This document shows positions 30,882-40,003 of a stretch of DNA of 64,000 nt, piece after piece; position 1 is the stretch's first letter; each line of letters opens with the position of its first letter. Location of the stretch: the NCBI GenBank assembly GCA_963677595.1, contig OY782041.1:1184001-1248000 (forward strand), in the 5' to 3' direction. The translations under genes were made by a program, and so were the position numbers. Source of the DNA: Spirochaetia bacterium (GTDB lineage Bacteria > Spirochaetota > Spirochaetia > CAKZLE01). The notes beneath the pieces are model-generated. The model had not been told where the DNA came from. It saw only the letters and a list, made by a program, of their open reading frames with translations, and made no database searches.

Positions 30882-31108
30882 CGCTCACCTCCTTCAGGCT
30901 CATCCTTAAAGACGGTGATAGCCCCTGGTTCGGGGCAGGAGAAGAAGCAGAGCCCGCAGGCCGTGCAGGTATCATAGCCATGGAAGACCGCATACTGGTA
31001 GCCGAGCCTGTTTATCTGAGTCCCGATCATCAGGCAGTGATTCGGGCACGTGTTGACACACACGCGGCAGCCTTTGCATTCATCGGCTGCAATCCTGACA
31101 TAGTTCAT
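30878..31108 (-). CDS. vorC: 2x[4Fe-4S] ferredoxin-like delta subunit
   Basis: CKGCRVCVNTCP and CTACGLCFFSCP. Confidence 0.88.
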   Translation of the reverse strand: MNYVRIAADECKGCRVCVNTCPNHCLMIGTQINRLGYQYAVFHGYDTCTACGLCFFSCPEPGAITVFKDEPEGGER

Positions 31109-31110
31109 AG

Positions 31111-31644
31111 TCAATCTCCAAAGATCTCAAACGCACCAACACCGAAGTAGTTGATCGCACTTATCGAATCGACAACCTCCAGGGGGATGTCGACAATATC
31201 TAAATGGTGACCGGGGCAGTCCAGGCGGGCACAGACATGGACCCTGTTCTCGCTGCCGGGCAGGTAGAGCATGATCCCCTCTGTCGAGTCACAGCCGGGT
31301 TCCCTGCAGGGAAAGGCCTCCATGAGGGATTCCCCGCAGTAGGGACAGTATGCCGTGACCATCTCAGCATCACTGAGACGGGACGGCAGGAAGCTGTACA
31401 GCTTCGCATGGGAGCCCCAGAAGGCATCCACGAAGACCGTACCGGTCTGTCCGCCGATCGTGACATGCAGTTTTATGGAAGGTTCGCCATGGATCCTGAC
31501 ACTGTCAACCATGAGATTATGGCCATGTCTGCAGAAAATGGATTCAACGATGAGGTATTCGAAATTACCACGCCGCTCAAGCCGGAATCCGGGCGGAACC
31601 GTCTGTCTGAGCTCGTGAGGAATATGTGTGATCTTCAACTCCAT
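31111..31644 (-). CDS. Cys/His-rich hypothetical (putative metal-binding) protein
   Basis: CRHGH, WGSH, CPYC, CREPGC, CARLDCPGH; AGGAG RBS; stop adjoins vorC. Confidence 0.75.
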   Translation of the reverse strand: MELKITHIPHELRQTVPPGFRLERRGNFEYLIVESIFCRHGHNLMVDSVRIHGEPSIKLHVTIGGQTGTVFVDAFWGSHAKLYSFLPSRLSDAEMVTAYCPYCGESLMEAFPCREPGCDSTEGIMLYLPGSENRVHVCARLDCPGHHLDIVDIPLEVVDSISAINYFGVGAFEIFGD

Positions 31645-31703
31645 ACGTACTCCTGAGGTCTTGTACTTGGAGGTAAAGAACGTTCTTATTAACTACCATC
31701 TAC

Positions 31704-31732
31704 ATAGTACCGCTGCTCTACGTTTATGTCAA
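31704..31732 (-). promoter_or_regulatory. sigma70-type promoter of the vor-buk-ptb operon
   Basis: Minus strand TTGACA-N17-TACTAT. Confidence 0.6.
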
Positions 31733-31830
31733 ACATACAATCTGGAAAGTTATGGATGTTCTCGCCGAAATTCATCGATTTCTCACGAATCCATCATACA
31801 CCCTTAGCAGGGGGCCGGTATCCTCTGACC

Positions 31831-32865
31831 ATGGACAGAAAGATCATCGGCATTGCCTGTAACGGCGAGGGGTTCGGGCATGCCGCACGGGCGGCAGCCC
31901 TCTATCCCCACCTCCAGGAACACCATGACGTCATATTCTTCGCACCGCAGACGATCGCACCATTCATCAGGCAGCATGTGGAGGAAGCGGCTGTGGTCGA
32001 TATTCCCCATTTCGGCTTCGTGAAGAAGGACCACGCCATCGATTATCCCTCCACGGCAAAAGAGAACCTGAAGAAGATCATCGAGAGCCTCCCGCGGTTC
32101 AATGAACTCGCCAGGGGGCTGAAGGAACTGGGGGTGAAGGCCCTCATCAGTGACTTCGAGCCGGTCACCGCCCATGCTGCGAATAGGGCAGGCATCCCGG
32201 TGATCAACCTCAACCATCCGGGAGTCGTGCTCAAGTACCTCGACCTCTCGGTCGATGCGCTCCTGGCCAAGGCTGTGGCATCACTCATGATGCCCCCGGC
32301 GGGGGAGCACCTCCTCTGCTCCTTCTATGACGGCGATATCGGGCCGATCCTCCGCCGTGAGCTCAGGGAGGCTGAACCGGTCCGGGGAGACCATATCCTG
32401 GTCTACACGAAATCCGATTCGAGGGAGGCGGTGCACACAGCCCTGGGGAACTACCCTGCCCTCGAGTTCCGCTGCTTCCCGGATCCCGGTGCCTCCTACG
32501 ATGAAGCCCTCATAACCTGCAGGGCCGTGATCGCACCAGCCGGCCACCAGGCGTTGTCGGAAGCACTCTGCCTGGGGAAAGCAGTACTGGCATTCCCCCA
32601 GATCGGGCAGTTCGAACAGCGGCTGAATGCCGTCATGCTCGAGCGAAGCGGATGGGGCCTCGCAGGCGATATCATGGACATCAAGGGGTCGATAGACCGG
32701 TTCCTCAGCTGCCTCGATGAGTTCCCCCGGCCGTCAGACCGGAAGGTGACCTTCACCCTGCATGATGATACCCAGGAGGCTGCACGGAAGCTGCTCGCGT
32801 TCATAGACGGACATGCCGGCATGCGCAAACCCTACATCCCAAAGCTCAGGTTACTGCCCGCATAG
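31831..32865 (+). CDS. GT-B glycosyltransferase (MJ1255-like family)
   Basis: GEGFGHAAR, LISDFEP, AGHQALSEAL.LGK, GQFEQRLNA. Confidence 0.82.
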   Translation: MDRKIIGIACNGEGFGHAARAAALYPHLQEHHDVIFFAPQTIAPFIRQHVEEAAVVDIPHFGFVKKDHAIDYPSTAKENLKKIIESLPRFNELARGLKELGVKALISDFEPVTAHAANRAGIPVINLNHPGVVLKYLDLSVDALLAKAVASLMMPPAGEHLLCSFYDGDIGPILRRELREAEPVRGDHILVYTKSDSREAVHTALGNYPALEFRCFPDPGASYDEALITCRAVIAPAGHQALSEALCLGKAVLAFPQIGQFEQRLNAVMLERSGWGLAGDIMDIKGSIDRFLSCLDEFPRPSDRKVTFTLHDDTQEAARKLLAFIDGHAGMRKPYIPKLRLLPA

Positions 32866-32937
32866 TGTAAAACTTCAAAGAATACCTTGGAATATTCCTC
32901 CCCGATATAGTACACTGAAAGACAGCAGGAGTATTCA

Positions 32938-33396
32938 ATGAATAAAACATTATGCCTTGTATCTGGAATCTCCCCCGACAAGATAGAGAAAGGGTTGGCC
33001 AGTGCAGAGAAACACATTCAGTCTGATACTGCGGAACTGTCGGTCTTTGTTGAGTTCATCACCGAATCGATGCTTGATGTATCAGTCAGGAATGTCACTG
33101 AGAATTTCTGGAGGAATCCCAAGACCCTGGAAGAATCCCTCATCCTCACACCACCGGACCTCCTTCACCGCAGGGGACGGTTCGTGATCATCCAGTCCTT
33201 CATCCGGGACCATGTGTTCGCGATCATGCGGGGGATCAAGAGCGCCTCCTCCAGGCCTGGTGACATCATATTCGCCATGCTCACGGACACCGCGGCGAAC
33301 TGGACGGTCCAGGAATACCTCGACCACCTGAAGGAGGAGCATGAGTACATGAAGACCCACTCCCCCGAGAATGACCCCGATATGAGGAGGATGTGA
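32938..33396 (+). CDS. DUF3783-like protein
   Basis: C-terminal IIFAMLTDTAANWTVQEYLDHLKEEHEYMK. Confidence 0.65.
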   Translation: MNKTLCLVSGISPDKIEKGLASAEKHIQSDTAELSVFVEFITESMLDVSVRNVTENFWRNPKTLEESLILTPPDLLHRRGRFVIIQSFIRDHVFAIMRGIKSASSRPGDIIFAMLTDTAANWTVQEYLDHLKEEHEYMKTHSPENDPDMRRM

Positions 33397-33474
33397 TCCA
33401 CATTTCCCTTTTTTCTCACTCTTCCCCTAAACAGACTGACCTGCAGCCTGTATAGTAGAGGTAGGAGAGCATGC

Positions 33475-33876
33475 ATGTATAAATCAATCCAACGACTGAG
33501 GCTGTCAAAGAGCGACCGGATCCTCGTGCTTCATGCACCGAGATCCTTCGAGGAGTTCGAACAGTACTTCAGCACTGTGATCGACCGTGAGATCAGGGGC
33601 AGGGCCTATCCCTGCGCATTCTACTTCGCACGGGACCTCTCAGTCATCTCGGAGGAGGTCACGCAGGTCCTGCGTGCTACCGCGTTCGATGCACTCTTCT
33701 GGTTCTGCTTCCCGAAGAAGGGAGACAAGAACCATCCCCGGCTCACCAGGGAATCGATCGGCGAATTCTTCTCACAGCACGGCCTTGAGCCTGTAGCCCA
33801 GCGAACCATAGATGAGGAATGGACGGCTCTGAGGATCCGCCCATCGGAACTCGTATCACACAGGAGGAAGAAATGA
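33475..33876 (+). CDS. Hypothetical protein (DUF3052-like)
   Basis: LFWFCFPKK...LTRE...V....IDEEWTALR pattern; AGGAG RBS. Confidence 0.6.
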   Translation: MYKSIQRLRLSKSDRILVLHAPRSFEEFEQYFSTVIDREIRGRAYPCAFYFARDLSVISEEVTQVLRATAFDALFWFCFPKKGDKNHPRLTRESIGEFFSQHGLEPVAQRTIDEEWTALRIRPSELVSHRRKK

Positions 33877-34223
33877 GTAAGAAAGTAGCTATCTTTGCAT
33901 TCAACGGAGAGATGATGTGTTTTGCCCATGCGCTGCTCAATGCACTGGACCTCTACCAGAAAGGGTATGATACTATGCTCATCATCGAGGGGGCAGCGAC
34001 GAAGCTCCTGGCAGATTTCGAGAAGGGCGACTCCCCATTCACGGGGAAGTTCCACGAATGCATTGAGCACGGCCTGATCGCAGGCGTCTGTGCTGCATGT
34101 TCTTCCACCATGGGGACAATGGAGGCTGCCAAGCGGCTGAAGCTTACCCTCCTCGGGGACATGCTCGGCCACCCGAGTATCGAGGAGTACATCGACTCAG
34201 GCTATGAGATCATAACAATCTAG
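33873..34223 (+). CDS. DsrE-family protein
   Basis: AFNGEMMCFAHALLNALD, IIEGAAT, VCAACS, GHPS...GYEIIT; ATGA overlap. Confidence 0.8.
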   Translation: MSKKVAIFAFNGEMMCFAHALLNALDLYQKGYDTMLIIEGAATKLLADFEKGDSPFTGKFHECIEHGLIAGVCAACSSTMGTMEAAKRLKLTLLGDMLGHPSIEEYIDSGYEIITI

Positions 34224-34239
34224 AAAAAAATATCCATAC

Positions 34240-34253
34240 GTAACCTGTGTTAC
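34240..34253 (+). promoter_or_regulatory. Candidate HcpR (CRP/FNR-family) binding site upstream of hcp
   Basis: Palindrome GTAAC-ctgt-GTTAC; TACTCT -10 candidate at 34276. Confidence 0.6.
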
Positions 34254-34337
34254 CGATTTATCGTTCCCGGTAGGATACTCTACCTCCATAAACGAACACG
34301 TTCCATTACGATGTAATGGCTATAGAGGAGAGATACT

Positions 34338-35969
34338 ATGTTTTGTTACCAATGTCAGGAAGCGGCTAAAGGGACCGGATGCACCATCAAGGGCGTATGC
34401 GGGAAGACGGATGCGACTTCGAACATGCAGGACCTGCTGATGTTCGTCCTCAAGGGTATCGCTTGGTATAAAGAATCTTCAGATAAGGAGATCAGCGTCC
34501 CCGGTCTTGACCGGTTCTACACACAGGCGATCTTTGCGACCATCACCAACGCGAACTTCGACCAGGCATATTTCGAGAAGCAGATCGCACTCAGTCTCGA
34601 GTTCAGGAATGCCGTTGCGACTGCAGCAGGTGATACCGTACCGGAGGAAAGACCGGATGCAGCCGTATGGGCACCAGCCTCTGCTTCAGAGTATGAGATC
34701 AAGGCAGCCACTGTCGGGGTCCTGGCAACCGAGAACGAGGATGTCCGTTCCTTACGGGAACTGCTCACCTACGGCATCAAGGGTATGGCAGCCTACAGCG
34801 AGCATGCTGACAACCTCGGCTACGAGGATGCGGAAGTCATCGCGTTCATGTACAAGGGGCTTGCGGCAACCCTCGATGACAGCCTCAGTGCCGATGACCT
34901 CGTTGCCCTCGTGCTCGAATGCGGGAAGAACGGTGTATCTGTCATGGCCCTGCTCGACAAGGCCAATACTGAGAGCTACGGCAACCCCGTGATCTCTGAG
35001 GTCTCGATCGAGGCTTCCGACCGACCAGGGATCCTGATCTCAGGCCATGACCTGAAGGACCTCGAGGAGCTGCTCGAGCAGACCCAGGGTACCGGGATCG
35101 ATGTCTACACCCACGGTGAGATGCTCCCTGCCCACTACTACCCGAAATTCAAGAAATACGAGAACCTGAAGGCTAACTACGGGAACGCCTGGTGGAAGCA
35201 GACCACAGAGTTCGAGTCCTTTGGCGGACCGATCCTCTTCACCACCAACTGTATCGTACCCCCGAAGGATTCCTACAAGGAGCGAGTCTACACCACGGGA
35301 GCTTCCGGCTTCCCAGGCTGCGTCCACATCCCGGAGCGGGTCAACGGGCAGCCCAAGGACTTCTCACAGATCATCGAGCATGCGAAGCAGTGTGCAGCAC
35401 CTGAGAATATCGAGAACGGGTCGATCGTCGGCGGTTTCGCCCATGATCAGGTCTTCCAGCTCGCCGACGCGGTCGTCGATGCAGTCAAGACCGGCGCGAT
35501 CAAGCAGTTCTTCGTCATGGCAGGCTGTGACGGACGCATGAAGAGCAGGTCCTACTACGAGGAGTTCGCAGAGGAACTCCCGAAGGATACGGTGATCCTC
35601 ACCGCGGGCTGCGCGAAATACCGGTACAACAAGCTTCCCCTCGGCGACATCGGCGGGATCCCGAGAGTACTCGATGCCGGTCAGTGCAACGACTCCTACT
35701 CGCTCGCCCTCATCGCCCTGAAGCTCAAGGAGGTCTTCGAGCTCAACGACGTGAACGAGCTGCCGATCTCCTATAATATCGCATGGTATGAGCAGAAGGC
35801 CGTCATCGTACTGCTTGCCCTCCTCTACCTCGGGGTCAAGAACATCCACCTCGGGCCGACCCTGCCGGCATTCCTCTCACCGAACGTTGCCAACGTCCTG
35901 GTCGAGAACTTCGGCATCGCCGGGATCGGGACTGTCGAGGACGACATCAAACTCTTCCTTGGGGCATGA
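34338..35969 (+). CDS. hcp: Hybrid cluster protein (hydroxylamine reductase)
   Basis: MFCYQCQE...GC...[42 protein letters not shown]. Confidence 0.98.
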   Translation: MFCYQCQEAAKGTGCTIKGVCGKTDATSNMQDLLMFVLKGIAWYKESSDKEISVPGLDRFYTQAIFATITNANFDQAYFEKQIALSLEFRNAVATAAGDTVPEERPDAAVWAPASASEYEIKAATVGVLATENEDVRSLRELLTYGIKGMAAYSEHADNLGYEDAEVIAFMYKGLAATLDDSLSADDLVALVLECGKNGVSVMALLDKANTESYGNPVISEVSIEASDRPGILISGHDLKDLEELLEQTQGTGIDVYTHGEMLPAHYYPKFKKYENLKANYGNAWWKQTTEFESFGGPILFTTNCIVPPKDSYKERVYTTGASGFPGCVHIPERVNGQPKDFSQIIEHAKQCAAPENIENGSIVGGFAHDQVFQLADAVVDAVKTGAIKQFFVMAGCDGRMKSRSYYEEFAEELPKDTVILTAGCAKYRYNKLPLGDIGGIPRVLDAGQCNDSYSLALIALKLKEVFELNDVNELPISYNIAWYEQKAVIVLLALLYLGVKNIHLGPTLPAFLSPNVANVLVENFGIAGIGTVEDDIKLFLGA

Positions 35970-35971
35970 TC

Positions 35972-36007
35972 CAATACCCGCATATAGGATATGCTGGTAT
36001 TGTCTTT
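35972..36007 (+). terminator. Terminator hairpin after hcp
   Basis: CAATACC-c-GCATAT-agg-ATATGC-t-GGTATTG then TCTTT. Confidence 0.55.
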
Positions 36008-36073
36008 GGAGGTTTTTGATACAATACTGCCAGTATTCAATCATGGGAGAAGGGTATCAAAAACTTCATATTT

Positions 36074-36277
36074 CTAATAATGGGGGGGCCTCTCATGAGG
36101 CATGGAGTCCTCCCCCGCTAACTCTATGAGGTCCTCGAGCTTCTGGGTCAGTTTCCTGATCTGGAGCTCGAGTTCCTCTATCTTCTTTCCCTGGTCGATC
36201 ACGACCTCATTCAGTGTCCTTACCGTATCTTCCTGATACGACATGGCCATCTCCAGGGTATCTATTCGCTCTTCCAT
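36074..36277 (-). CDS. slyX: SlyX family protein
   Basis: MEERIDTLE...YQE..LN.VV..Q and C-terminal ERPPHY; GAGGTG RBS. Confidence 0.9.
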   Translation of the reverse strand: MEERIDTLEMAMSYQEDTVRTLNEVVIDQGKKIEELELQIRKLTQKLEDLIELAGEDSMPHERPPHY

Positions 36278-36327
36278 CGATATCACCTCACTTCTACCGT
36301 ATCCTACCATACTGTCCCGGTTTATGC

Positions 36328-36398
36328 TTGACCTTTTCAGGGGAATCCCATATGTTTGGTATTCAATATTTTGATTTTGAACTATTTGATTCCAAACA
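36328..36398 (+). promoter_or_regulatory. Promoter and likely MarR operator array
   Basis: TTGACC-N17-TATGTT followed by AT-rich repeated TTTG..T.AA units bracketed by TGTTTGG...CCAAACA. Confidence 0.5.
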
Positions 36399-36409
36399 GG
36401 ACCACACGT

Positions 36410-36862
36410 ATGATACAGACAGCCTTCCAGCAGTTCTCCGAACTCTTTCCCCGGACCCTCCACTCGATCCTGCGGGATTTCGATTCACCCACGGGGGAGA
36501 CCCTCGGGCTCAACAGGACCCAGATCCATACCCTGATGAAGATCCAGAAATACGGGACGATCAGCATGGGCAGTCTCTGCCACCACATCGGGATCACCAA
36601 AGGGGCGATGACCGCGATCATCGACACCCTGCTCGACAGCGGGTATGTGGCCCGAGACCGGGCAGCGGATGACCGACGCAAGGTCCTCGTCAAGCTGACG
36701 GATATCGGCGAGTCCATCGCCGCTGCCTGCAGGCGTGAGATCGAGGATTCGTTCGAGGCGAGGCTCGACAGCCTCTCGGCTGAGGAGCAGGAAGCCTTCC
36801 GCCAGTCGATCGAGACCCTCGGCACGATCATCTCGAAGATGGAGAACACACGACATGAATAA
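36410..36862 (+). CDS. MarR-family transcriptional regulator
   Basis: wHTH: ITKGAMTAIIDTL..GYV.R....DRRKVLVKLTD.G. Confidence 0.92.
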   Translation: MIQTAFQQFSELFPRTLHSILRDFDSPTGETLGLNRTQIHTLMKIQKYGTISMGSLCHHIGITKGAMTAIIDTLLDSGYVARDRAADDRRKVLVKLTDIGESIAAACRREIEDSFEARLDSLSAEEQEAFRQSIETLGTIISKMENTRHE

Positions 36863-38255
36863 GAACAGACCTTCGACCGGACTCGGCAGGGACTTCATGG
36901 GCAGCCAGCCCATCGGGAGCCTGCTCGCACGGCTCTCGATACCTGCCATGGTAGGCATGATCATGAATGCGCTCTACAACCTGGTAGACACGATCTTCGT
37001 CGGACAGGGGGTCGGTCCCCTCGCCATCGCGGCACTGAGCATCGTCTTCCCCATCCAGATGATCACCGGGGGGTTCGCCATGACCTTCGGGGTCGGGGCC
37101 GCCTCGATCGTCTCGAGGAAGCTCGGAGAACGGGAGGAGGATGAGGCTGCCGGTGCGGCAGGGACGGCCCTGACGGCGACGATCATCACCTCGCTGCTCC
37201 TCATGGTCATCGGGTTCATCTTCATGCCTGCGATCCTGCTCGCCTTCGGGTCCACCCATGATATCCTGCAGTACGCCGAGGAGTACATGGGGGTCATCCT
37301 AACAGGATTCGTATTCATCTCCATCTCCATGTGCACGAACAACCTCGTACGGGCGGAGGGGCAGGCCAAGTTCGCCATGATGATCATGGTCACGGGGACC
37401 GGGCTCAACATCGTCCTTGACCCCGTCTTCATCTTCGTCTTCGGGATGGGGATCAGGGGGGCTGCAATCGCGACGGTGATCAGCCAGCTTGCCAGCGCGA
37501 CCCTCGCGCTCTCCTTCTTCTTCAGGAAGAAGAGTTCCCTCCCGCTCAGGCGCAGCTCATTCCTTATCTCGCTGCCGGTACTGAAGGAGATCGTCGCACT
37601 TGGTATCCCCACCTTCGTACGCCAGGCCGGGGGCAGCCTGCTCACCATGTCCGTCAACAATATGCTCAGGATCTACGGTGACGGGATGACGATCGCTGCC
37701 TTCGGCATGATCAACCGCCTGCTGATGTTCTTCCTCATGCCAGTCTTTGGCATCGTCCAGGGCTTCCAGCCCATTGCAGGCTACAACTACGGGGCCAAGC
37801 AGTTCGCCCGTGTGAAGCAGGTCCTCTACCTCTCGATCGCAGTCGCCACGGCGATGGGCACCATCGCGGCGATCGTGCTCGAGACGATCCCATCGGTGCT
37901 GATCTCCATGTTCACCAGCGACCGGGAGCTCATAGCCCTGACGGCTCCCGCCCTGCGGATCGTCATGGCAGCAGTCCCGTTCATCGGTATCCAGGCGATC
38001 GGGTCGACCTTCTTCCAGAGCATCGGGAAATCGGCACCGGCCCTCTTCCTGGGCTTGAGCCGGCAGTTCATCTTCCTCATCCCGCTGGTGCTGCTGCTCC
38101 CGCGGCTCTTCGGCCTGACTGGTGTGTGGGCATCCTTCCCGATCGCAGACACCCTCTCGACGATCGTGACGACCATCTGGCTCATCTACGAGGTGCGGAA
38201 CCTGGGCAGGATCCACTTCGAGTCCCTCAACCCGGTGGAGAAGTACCCGGTATGA
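36855..38255 (+). CDS. MATE efflux transporter (MepA-like)
   Basis: SIPAMVGM..ALYNLVDTIFVG, RAEG, NIVLDPVFIF..GMGIRGAAIAT, QPIAGYNYGA. Confidence 0.93.
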   Translation: MNKNRPSTGLGRDFMGSQPIGSLLARLSIPAMVGMIMNALYNLVDTIFVGQGVGPLAIAALSIVFPIQMITGGFAMTFGVGAASIVSRKLGEREEDEAAGAAGTALTATIITSLLLMVIGFIFMPAILLAFGSTHDILQYAEEYMGVILTGFVFISISMCTNNLVRAEGQAKFAMMIMVTGTGLNIVLDPVFIFVFGMGIRGAAIATVISQLASATLALSFFFRKKSSLPLRRSSFLISLPVLKEIVALGIPTFVRQAGGSLLTMSVNNMLRIYGDGMTIAAFGMINRLLMFFLMPVFGIVQGFQPIAGYNYGAKQFARVKQVLYLSIAVATAMGTIAAIVLETIPSVLISMFTSDRELIALTAPALRIVMAAVPFIGIQAIGSTFFQSIGKSAPALFLGLSRQFIFLIPLVLLLPRLFGLTGVWASFPIADTLSTIVTTIWLIYEVRNLGRIHFESLNPVEKYPV

Positions 38256-38262
38256 GCGAAAT

Positions 38263-38288
38263 GAAGGCCGTCCTCTCGGACGGCCTTC
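38263..38288. terminator. GC-rich hairpin between convergent MATE and fabV
   Basis: GAAGGCCGTCC-tctc-GGACGGCCTTC. Confidence 0.7.
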
Positions 38289-38353
38289 CTGGTTGGTAGT
38301 TAAAAAGTTCTTCTGAAGATCACACAGTACCTACGGGCCCTGTGTCACCATTC

Positions 38354-39565
38354 CTAATCGATCTCCCTCGGATCACACTCCTCAGAATAATCGATATCTG
38401 TACATCCAAATCCGTGTATCTGTTCGTACTCCTTACGGAACCCCTCGAGATCTGCTACCTGCTGAAGATTCTCCGGGGTGATTGTCCCCCAGGCTGCAGA
38501 GACCTGCTCCTGCACATCTTCCCGCATCTCCCAGTCGTCGAGACGTATTCTCTTCGCGTCATCTACCGGTACCCCTTCGGGCAGGTAGAGCCGTTCAGTC
38601 AGTAATCGATACATCTGTTCGATGCATCCCTCATGCAGGTCCATATCCTTCATGATCCTATAGAGGATCGTGATGTACAACGGTACTACGGGGATGACTG
38701 AGCTTGCCCTCGTCACCAGCGCCTTGTTCACTGATACGTAGGCAGCCCCGCCCAGGTCCGACAGGATCCCGGTAAGGTCGGCGGCTGTCGCCTCCAGATC
38801 CTCTTTCGCCCGGCCGATGGTCCCCTCACGGTAGATGGGGAAGGTAATCTCCGGCCCGATATAGGAGTAGGCGACGGTCTTGCAGCCGTCTGCGAGGAGG
38901 TCCCGCTTCTTCAGGGCCTCGATCCAGAGCCGCCAGTCCTCACCGCCCATGACCTTGATGGTATCGGCGATCTGTGCATCATCCGCAGGTTCCACCTCCG
39001 CTGTCGAGATCACCTCCTTGAAGGGGTCGATACTCAGGGCGGAATAGGTCTGCCCGATCGGCTTGATCACGGACCGGTAGGTCTCCCCCGTGTCAGGGTC
39101 GACACGCAGGGGGGAAGCCAGGCTGTAGACCACCAGGTCGACCTTCCCATAGGACTGTTCGAGGAGGTCCATGGTCTGGTCCTTGACCTCATGGGAGAAG
39201 GCATCACCCATGACGGAATCGGCCTTCAAGCCCCTTGCATGGGCTTCACGCTCGAAGGCGATGGTGTTGTACCAACCCGGGGTCGCTGTCTTCTTCTCTG
39301 AGGGTTCCCGCTCGAAGGAGACGTTCACCGTGGAGGCATCAGAGAGGACACTCGCGGCGATCCGTGTCGCAAGCCCGTAGCCTGTCGAACCGCCGATCAC
39401 CAGCACGTTCTTCGGATAATCCAGCGTACGGTCTGAGCTGTACTTCCCGAATGCACCGGAAGCCGCCTTCTGCGCCCACTCGAACTGTTCGGCCGTGCAC
39501 TGCGCGCAGCCCTTGGGGTGGGCAGTCAGGCTGACCCCCCGTAATATCTTCTGTTTAATGATCAT
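38354..39565 (-). CDS. fabV: Enoyl-ACP reductase FabV / trans-2-enoyl-CoA reductase
   Basis: AHPKGC, VLVIGGSTGYGLA, GWYN, GDAFS, VYSLASP, VMGGEDW, Y..GTIG.AK. Confidence 0.93.
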   Translation of the reverse strand: MIIKQKILRGVSLTAHPKGCAQCTAEQFEWAQKAASGAFGKYSSDRTLDYPKNVLVIGGSTGYGLATRIAASVLSDASTVNVSFEREPSEKKTATPGWYNTIAFEREAHARGLKADSVMGDAFSHEVKDQTMDLLEQSYGKVDLVVYSLASPLRVDPDTGETYRSVIKPIGQTYSALSIDPFKEVISTAEVEPADDAQIADTIKVMGGEDWRLWIEALKKRDLLADGCKTVAYSYIGPEITFPIYREGTIGRAKEDLEATAADLTGILSDLGGAAYVSVNKALVTRASSVIPVVPLYITILYRIMKDMDLHEGCIEQMYRLLTERLYLPEGVPVDDAKRIRLDDWEMREDVQEQVSAAWGTITPENLQQVADLEGFRKEYEQIHGFGCTDIDYSEECDPREID

Positions 39566-39578
39566 GCTCACTCTCTCC

Positions 39579-39989
39579 CTAGTTTACCAGACACATCCAG
39601 GAGGCCTCTGCTGCCACCTCATCGCCAATCTTCACGACCCCGCTCTGCCTGATCATCCGTGCCGATGCACGGTTGTTGGTGATCTCGATCCGTGCCGTCT
39701 CACCGGGACGCACCTGACGGCGGAACTTCGCCTTCTCGATCGTTGCCAGGAAGAACAGTCCGTCCTTCAGGACCCCGGCCTCTTTCAGGCCGGCACCCCC
39801 GCACTGCGCCATCATCTCGACGAGCAGCACGCCCGGGACGACCGGGTACTCGGGGAAGTGTCCCTGAAAGAAGATATCGGTCTCCTTGAACTCATGGTAC
39901 CCGATGATCTGTTCTGCGTTCGCCTCGATGAGGTCATCGACGAACACGAAGGGGTCCCTGTGCGGTAATAATTTCTCGATGTCTGCCAT
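39579..39989 (-). CDS. fabZ: 3-hydroxyacyl-ACP dehydratase
   Basis: LPHRDPF.FVD, FFQGHFP..PVVPGVLLVEMMAQ, KFRRQVRPG. Confidence 0.95.
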   Translation of the reverse strand: MADIEKLLPHRDPFVFVDDLIEANAEQIIGYHEFKETDIFFQGHFPEYPVVPGVLLVEMMAQCGGAGLKEAGVLKDGLFFLATIEKAKFRRQVRPGETARIEITNNRASARMIRQSGVVKIGDEVAAEASWMCLVN

Positions 39990-40003
39990 ATGTCCAGTTC
40001 CCC

